NCBI GenBank assembly: GCA_965228855.1
Contig: CBDDIJ010000002.1
Location: 1,920,001 to 1,984,000 of the forward strand
Origin: Candidatus Obscuribacterales bacterium
Lineage (GTDB): Bacteria > Cyanobacteriota > Vampirovibrionia > Obscuribacterales > Obscuribacteraceae
Direction: 5' to 3'
DNA length: 64,000 nucleotides
The notes under the pieces are model-generated. The model was not told where the DNA came from. It made no database searches and saw only the letters and a list, made by a program, of their open reading frames with translations. The translations under genes were made by a program, and so were the position numbers. Of this stretch, positions 58,370 to 64,000 are shown piece by piece. Each line of letters starts with the position of its first letter. The stretch's first letter is position 1.

Positions 58370-60061
58370 TTAAATTACACACATCGCCAGCGCGTGCTTC
58401 AATTCGTGCATGGTTTGAAAGCGCTTGGCTGGATCTTTGTCGAGACATTTAAGCACCACCGATTCGAGAACCGGAGGTACTTGAACTTTGGGATTCACGT
58501 GTTTGAACGAGTCAGCCTTAGTGTAAATCTGGTGATACATGACCTCCGGTGCAGATTGCGCCTGAAAAACCGTTTCACCTGTTAGCACTTGGTACATCAA
58601 ACAGCCCATTGAATAAATATCGGAGCGATTGTCGAGCCGGAGACCGCGGCATTGCTCGGGGCTCATAAACGCCGGAGAGCCAAAGATTTCTCCGGGAACG
58701 GTCATGACTATGTTGTTGTCGCCGGTAACTTTTGCCAAACCAAAGTCGAGCACTTTTACCTTTGAACCCTTTTGTCCCTGGTTCAAAATGTGAACGTTGC
58801 CGGGTTTTAAATCTCGATGAATAATTCCTGCTTCGTGCGCGACAGCAACTCCCTCGCAGACCTCCATGAAGATTGGAAGTGCCTGCCGGTAGTCGAGCAT
58901 TCCGTTTTCTCTGATCATGGAGACGAGGCTCTTTCCGTCAAGATAGTCCATCACCATGTAGAAGGTGCCTTCCCCGGTCATACCAAAATCAATTACCGAC
59001 ACCAGATTAGGATGATCCAGCGAGGCTATAGCGATGGCTTCCTGTCTAAATCTCGCGACCAGATCGCCGCTTTGAGCCAGGTCCGAGTGCAGGATTTTTA
59101 CGGCGACAACTTTTTCCGTGTAGCGGTGCCTTGCCTTATAAACGGCGCCATTACCGCCGGTGCCGAGAAGCGAAAGAATGAGATACCGATCCGTCAATTG
59201 CGTGCCAATTAAAGGGTCGGCGATCAGGCCTGCGCCATCATCCGGACAGCTGTCCTGCCCGTCAACACGGGAGCGGCAACGTGTGCAGATCATCGCCACT
59301 TCGAACTGATTGCTGCTCTGTGCCGCTTTTGACATATACCGCGACGTCGATGATTGCCCTTTGGCGGTTCGGCGTAAAATCGCTGTAGTCAGATCGTGTA
59401 CTTTGACGAATGGAAGGCACAGCTCGTGAGCGATTTCCTGTGTGCTCATCCCCGCTTTCACCATGACCATTATGCGCAGCTCCTGATCGGTCAGATTGTA
59501 GTCGGAGTGAGGCAAACGGGGAAACATCTGCGACGCGACGCTGTGCACGATAGAATCATCAATCCACGATGCTCCATGTGCCACTGAATATAGTGCAGTG
59601 AGCAAGTCGTCGGATTTCGTGTCTTTTAATAGAAAACCATCTGCGCCTGCTTCTAGCGCGGCAATAACCGAGCGCTCGTCCACATGGCTTGTGAGGATAA
59701 CAACCTTCTTGTTCGTACTCTGCTTGATTCTGCGAGTGGCCTCTATGCCGTCAATTCCAGGCAAGCCGATATCCATTATGACGATTTGCGCATCGGATTG
59801 ATTTGCCAGCGCTACTCCGTCAGTGCCAGTGCGCGCTTCTCCGACTATCTTAATTTGACCGCTACTCTCCAGTGACAATTTTACTGAAAGGCGAACCAGG
59901 TCGTGGTCCTCAATAATTAGCGCGGTCACTTTCGCTTGATTGTCATTTTGGACGGTTGAGTCGTACTTTTGTTGTAGCTGTTGAGCCATGTGTCTTTCCC
60001 TGAGTTCGTCGGCTGAGGAATCCATAACACTACTATCGCTTGGATTACCGAGCGGCGACAA
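58370..60061 (-). CDS. REC-LuxR-like HTH-Zn ribbon-Ser/Thr kinase fusion
   Basis: IEDH/MDIGLP (REC), LTDQELRI..TQEIA, CTRC..CPDDG, GTGGNG, AVK, HRDLKPGN, DFG, SPEQ. Start uncertain. Confidence 0.9.
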   Translation of the reverse strand: MSPLGNPSDSSVMDSSADELRERHMAQQLQQKYDSTVQNDNQAKVTALIIEDHDLVRLSVKLSLESSGQIKIVGEARTGTDGVALANQSDAQIVIMDIGLPGIDGIEATRRIKQSTNKKVVILTSHVDERSVIAALEAGADGFLLKDTKSDDLLTALYSVAHGASWIDDSIVHSVASQMFPRLPHSDYNLTDQELRIMVMVKAGMSTQEIAHELCLPFVKVHDLTTAILRRTAKGQSSTSRYMSKAAQSSNQFEVAMICTRCRSRVDGQDSCPDDGAGLIADPLIGTQLTDRYLILSLLGTGGNGAVYKARHRYTEKVVAVKILHSDLAQSGDLVARFRQEAIAIASLDHPNLVSVIDFGMTGEGTFYMVMDYLDGKSLVSMIRENGMLDYRQALPIFMEVCEGVAVAHEAGIIHRDLKPGNVHILNQGQKGSKVKVLDFGLAKVTGDNNIVMTVPGEIFGSPAFMSPEQCRGLRLDNRSDIYSMGCLMYQVLTGETVFQAQSAPEVMYHQIYTKADSFKHVNPKVQVPPVLESVVLKCLDKDPAKRFQTMHELKHALAMCVI

Positions 60062-60203
60062 TTACCTAGTAGTTTGATTCGACAGCGTTTGAAGGATGAC
60101 TGTTTCGAGTGGAAAAGTCACTCAATCGGCGTTTCGATAGCTAATCCAGCAGGATTACTACGGTCATCCATTCGGGTGATTTGATGGTGAACAGCCGAGA
60201 AAT

Positions 60204-61655
60204 CTAGGTCAGTGCTTGACGTAGAAAGCCGAGCGCCCAATCATGCAGTTGGTTCCAGCCTATGACGTGCCGCATGCTGGTCATCCGGCGGCGCTTCTCT
60301 TCAATACCCATACTCAAAGCTTTCGCCAGGGCATCGGAAAATTCAGATGGACTGGTTGGCGAAACCAGAAGTGCTCCCTGACCGAGTTCTGCCGCACAGC
60401 CAGCGCGCTCGCTGAGAATAAGCGTACCTTGCTCGTCTTGACGGCAAGCGACGTACTCTTTAGCGATTAAGTTCAATCCATCCCTTACAGAATTGACGGT
60501 CATCACATCAGCCGCCTGATACCAAGCAGCAAGCTCTTTCTGGTTGAGTTGAGCCTGGATATGGAGAATTGGACGCCATCCATCCTGCTCGTACTTTTCG
60601 TTCAGCTCCTGAATTTTTGCTTCTACCTTTTTAGAGTATTCGGAGAAACTTGGTTCGTTCGATTGTGCCGGTTGGGAAATTTGTACGTAATGGAAGCGGC
60701 GGTGCATGTCCTTTGCGTTTTCCAGGTAATGTTCAAGACCGCTCAACTTCTCGAGAACGCCTTTGGTGTAATCAAGACGGTCGATGCCCAGCAAAATCTG
60801 GTTGGCAAGCCTGTGTTTAACCGGCAGCGCTTCAGCCATCGGTCTCGACATTTTGGCGAGTTTGTGCCACTTCGAAACGTCGATACCCAGCGGCATCACT
60901 ACAATTTGTGTCTTCTGACCCTTGAAAGACACCGTCATCTTCAAGCTGTCGACCTGGGCCGCGTCGCAGAGCGCTTCCACTGTTTGCAGGAAGTTATGAG
61001 CGTACTCGGCTGTGTGGAAACCGAGCAGGCGATTACAGAGTAGAGATTCAACCAGCTCTTTCGTGACCGGCTCGTTTCTCATTATTGCAACTTCCGGCCA
61101 CGGAACGTGCCAGAACTGGCAAGCTATGGTGCCTCGATCCGACGAGATTAGCGGGGCGCACATTGCCAATTGGTAGTCGTGCAACCAGCAGAGGGTCGGG
61201 AAACTTTCTGAGAGAACGGATTGGCACTCGGACGCGACTCGCGAGCAGAGCATCTTATAGTTTCTCCAATCCTCTGCGTCAAACAGTGCGTGTTCGCGCA
61301 TCCCGTGGAGCAGTGGCCAGAGATAGTTGGCTGAAAAACGTTTGTGCCCGTCAATCAATCGTTTTGGAATGCTTGCGGAGTAGAAGGCGAATCCGGAGTT
61401 GATAGAGGGAGAAAAGTTTCGGACTTGTTCAAACGGAATCGGCTCCACGTCAGAACTCTGGTTTTCGATCGAAAACCAGTGCACCTTTGTGCCCAGGCGC
61501 TTAACGATAGGCTCAAGGCTGGTTGCCACTCCACCGGTTTGACCAGGTCCGCTGAACGAGAGCACTTTGAGCGTCGGAAGATGGATGTCGAGATCGACTA
61601 TATCTTCTGCGGAGATAGGCGTAAGCAGTGGGAGAGCATGTGGGCTTATTACCAT
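60204..61655 (-). CDS. otsA: Trehalose-6-phosphate synthase-like GT20 glycosyltransferase
   Basis: LWPLLH, WLHDYQL, FWHVPWP, IDRLDYTKG, RDGLNLIAKEY. Confidence 0.85.
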   Translation of the reverse strand: MVISPHALPLLTPISAEDIVDLDIHLPTLKVLSFSGPGQTGGVATSLEPIVKRLGTKVHWFSIENQSSDVEPIPFEQVRNFSPSINSGFAFYSASIPKRLIDGHKRFSANYLWPLLHGMREHALFDAEDWRNYKMLCSRVASECQSVLSESFPTLCWLHDYQLAMCAPLISSDRGTIACQFWHVPWPEVAIMRNEPVTKELVESLLCNRLLGFHTAEYAHNFLQTVEALCDAAQVDSLKMTVSFKGQKTQIVVMPLGIDVSKWHKLAKMSRPMAEALPVKHRLANQILLGIDRLDYTKGVLEKLSGLEHYLENAKDMHRRFHYVQISQPAQSNEPSFSEYSKKVEAKIQELNEKYEQDGWRPILHIQAQLNQKELAAWYQAADVMTVNSVRDGLNLIAKEYVACRQDEQGTLILSERAGCAAELGQGALLVSPTSPSEFSDALAKALSMGIEEKRRRMTSMRHVIGWNQLHDWALGFLRQALT

Positions 61656-62105
61656 TCGGACGCGCCTCGTGCAGATTGAGCTGTGTTTTCAATTCCGCGA
61701 AAGTCAGGCAAGTGCGCGACGATGCACGACGGAAGCAACGCGCTTCCATCCCTAGCTCGCGGAGGACGCCATTTGAATAAAATCGATTCGATATTTCATC
61801 GATTGAAAGACTGCATATAAGGTAAAGGATATTGGAGTGGTAATCAAGTAACTAAATGACCATTTTGGGTAAGGTTAAATGAATGTTACGTTGCCGTCTA
61901 ACCGTTACTCCGGAGCAAGTAAATATCAGGGTTTCACCGACTTCGCCGGTTTTCAAACGGGCAAAGCGGGCTACCCCAGAAATAAGCGTTTCATGGAGTG
62001 TTATCAGTGCGGGAAAATAAACTGAGGAGCTAGTTTGCACGAGTGGCCAAGCGAGGTGATACTGCTGGCGGTGGCGATCTAGTTTCTCTACTCGTTTGGA
62101 TCGAA

Positions 62106-62624
62106 CTAATTGGGTTCAAGTAACCCTGGCAAATCTACTACTTCGACGCGCCCTGCCTTCAAGTCCACCGTGGGGACAAGAGCTCTTACGAAAGGCACGA
62201 GATACGTTTCCTTATTGTCTTTGCTGGAAACTTCCAGGAGTTCAGCCGAGTTTCCTGTGATACCGCTTATGGTGCCGACTTCTTTACCATCGGTCGTAAA
62301 TACTGCTAAGCCGACCAAATCGTTAACCCAGAATTCATCCTCTTCCAGTTCATTAAGCTGATCTCTGGTTGTGAACACCTGGGCGTCCAGGAAGTGTTCG
62401 ACGGATGTTCTATCGGAGTAGTTTTCAAACTTGATATACAGCATTCGCTTCTCAAGTTTTACATCTTTGATTTCTACTCGCAGGCGTTCTTTGCCTGCGA
62501 GAATTTCGACATCGTCAATGTCCAACAAAAGAAGCGGGTTGTTTGTTTCAGGGCGAATTTTAACCTCGCCCCGCAGTCCGTGAAAACCGACAATTTTGCC
62601 GACTGGAAAGTTATATTCACTCAT
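62106..62624 (-). CDS. rimM: Ribosome maturation factor RimM
   Basis: VGKIVGFHGLRGEVK, EFWVNDLVG, LVPFV..VPTVDL. Confidence 0.95.
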   Translation of the reverse strand: MSEYNFPVGKIVGFHGLRGEVKIRPETNNPLLLLDIDDVEILAGKERLRVEIKDVKLEKRMLYIKFENYSDRTSVEHFLDAQVFTTRDQLNELEEDEFWVNDLVGLAVFTTDGKEVGTISGITGNSAELLEVSSKDNKETYLVPFVRALVPTVDLKAGRVEVVDLPGLLEPN

Positions 62625-63267
62625 GAGTTTTTGCTCGTTGTGGTGTCACTATTGGTGCCGCGTCCTGTTTCCACCGTTTAAATAAAGCGTTATCGAAATC
62701 AAATTGATCGAGGACGCGTCCGACGACAAAATCGATTTGATCAGAAACGCTTTCAGGGCGGTGGTAGAAACCCGGGCTAGCGCAGGAGACGATTGCACCT
62801 GCTTCGGAGAGTGCCACCATATTTTTCAACTGAATGTGACCGAAGGGCATTTCGCGCACGACGACGACCAGTTTTCGCCGTTCCTTTAAACATACAGCAG
62901 CTGCGCGGTGGACCAGGTTTTCGGTCAGACCATTAGCTAGTGCGCCGAGCGTTCCTATGCTGCACGGCAGAATGGCCATGCCTAGTGTCTTGTAAGACCC
63001 GCTGGATACAGACGCTCCGTAGTCCATCAGATAGTGATGCTTTATCGGAGCATTCTCCGGCAACTCCAGATAGCGAAGCAGACCTTGAGTGTCGTTCTCT
63101 GCCAAAACCAGGTCATGCTCTTCTTTCATGACTCGCAGAGCGGCTTTCGACATAACTAACTCAACAGGTTGTTCTATGCTGAGAAGATATTGCAGCATTC
63201 GTAATCCGTAGATAACGCCGCTCGCGCCTGTTATCCCGAGAACAAAAGGAATCTTTTTCTCGCTCAT
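62617..63267 (-). CDS. ubiX: Flavin prenyltransferase UbiX
   Basis: GITGASG, SSGS, PCS, RAAAVCLKERR, PGFYHRP. Confidence 0.93.
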   Translation of the reverse strand: MSEKKIPFVLGITGASGVIYGLRMLQYLLSIEQPVELVMSKAALRVMKEEHDLVLAENDTQGLLRYLELPENAPIKHHYLMDYGASVSSGSYKTLGMAILPCSIGTLGALANGLTENLVHRAAAVCLKERRKLVVVVREMPFGHIQLKNMVALSEAGAIVSCASPGFYHRPESVSDQIDFVVGRVLDQFDFDNALFKRWKQDAAPIVTPQRAKTHE

Positions 63268-63353
63268 GAATCTCACTGTCGGGTTGAAACGCCAGTCAGT
63301 CTAACCTGAAACAGATGCGCCCGTAAAGGACGAACAGCGCTACTGTAAAGGGA

Positions 63354-64000
63354 TTAAAACGCCTCACCGGGTTTCGACTGACCCTGTTGTGCGTCGCCTT
63401 GCGCTCCACCCTGTTGTTGAAAATTTGGTGGCTGTTGTTGGAAATTAGGAGGCGGTCCTCCTTGCTGGAAGTTCTGTTGTGGACCACCCTGTTGCATGCC
63501 TTGTTGGGTGCTTTGTGCAGGGGTGAATGACTTCTTCTTGTTTCGGAGAAACGCAGGCAGCCCATCGTCCGGCTCAGGCGGTTGAACTGGTGCGACAGCT
63601 TGAGGTTGCTGTTGCTCTTCCTCTTGCGGCGCTCGAGTGGCGGGCTGGAAGCGTCGAAAATTACCGGGGCGTGTGCCGTCCTCAAGCGAGGGAGTTACCT
63701 CGTCGAGATCAACTGATAAAGCACCTTTAGAGGGTGCAATGCTTAGCTTCAGTGGCGCGTCGAGGCGCACCGTAAGTGGTGACCCACTATAGATGTAAAT
63801 CTCATTTCCCTGGCGCCGAATAGAGCGAATTACCGGTGTTCCGTACTGCGAACCTTGTCCACGTCCACCATCGTTGCCCATAATCGGATCGCGGAAGAAC
63901 TCTCTTTTGTTTACGACTTTCGGTCCTCGATTTCCTTGACCGGCTCTGGTGTCGAATCCGGGGTGCACTGCATCGAAACTAGCTTGACTGCCGACATAAC
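63354..64000 (-). CDS. Hypothetical protein, 5'-truncated by the window, with Gln/Pro/Gly-rich C-terminus
   Basis: The frame of the 63354..63968 ORF stays open to position 64000. Confidence 0.7.
   Translation of the reverse strand, partial: YVGSQASFDAVHPGFDTRAGQGNRGPKVVNKREFFRDPIMGNDGGRGQGSQYGTPVIRSIRRQGNEIYIYSGSPLTVRLDAPLKLSIAPSKGALSVDLDEVTPSLEDGTRPGNFRRFQPATRAPQEEEQQQPQAVAPVQPPEPDDGLPAFLRNKKKSFTPAQSTQQGMQQGGPQQNFQQGGPPPNFQQQPPNFQQQGGAQGDAQQGQSKPGEAF

Noticed and set aside
1..64000. CRISPR arrays, tRNA/rRNA, IS elements, HIP1 enrichment, recoding
   Set aside because: No spaced direct repeats, cloverleafs, transposases or interrupted conserved genes were seen, and GCGATCGC appears only sporadically. 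This was a visual inspection only.

Overview
A gene-dense, ~50% GC bacterial chromosomal segment. I found no rRNA, tRNA, CRISPR array, transposase or prophage gene. By inference it resembles non-photosynthetic Cyanobacteriota (Melainabacteria/Obscuribacterales-like), based on the cyanobacterial-type NdhE C-terminus, divergent sufR, and expanded Hanks kinases with LRR/TPR domains. Contents in order: partial TPR gene; metB-lysC operon; three Ser/Thr kinase-TM-LRR paralogs around a nucleoside hydrolase; sufR plus sufCBD-Rieske-sufSUT; pyk; GH57 branching enzyme; kdsA; a large aspartyl-protease/TPR protein; an ECF sigma/anti-sigma/Spy module; a divergent PxpA-like gene; a PAS-GAF-LuxR regulator; a MoxR/DUF58 cluster; GAF-HD-GYP; rpsA; rnc; a complex I operon (nuoABCDHIJK only); a phosphorelay cluster including a REC-HTH-Ser/Thr kinase fusion; otsA-like; rimM; ubiX. 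The standout is non-coding and absent from the ORF track. Upstream of metB-lysC lies a complete ribosome-mediated attenuator: a sigma70 promoter, an apparently leaderless 27-aa peptide MQKHVTMSMAMQMPSARGWRCCSRFIA with clustered Met codons, a protector hairpin, an antiterminator and an intrinsic terminator. This is a candidate methionine-sensing (possibly Met/Cys dual-input) attenuation system. All assignments are by eye; no searches or folding computations were run.
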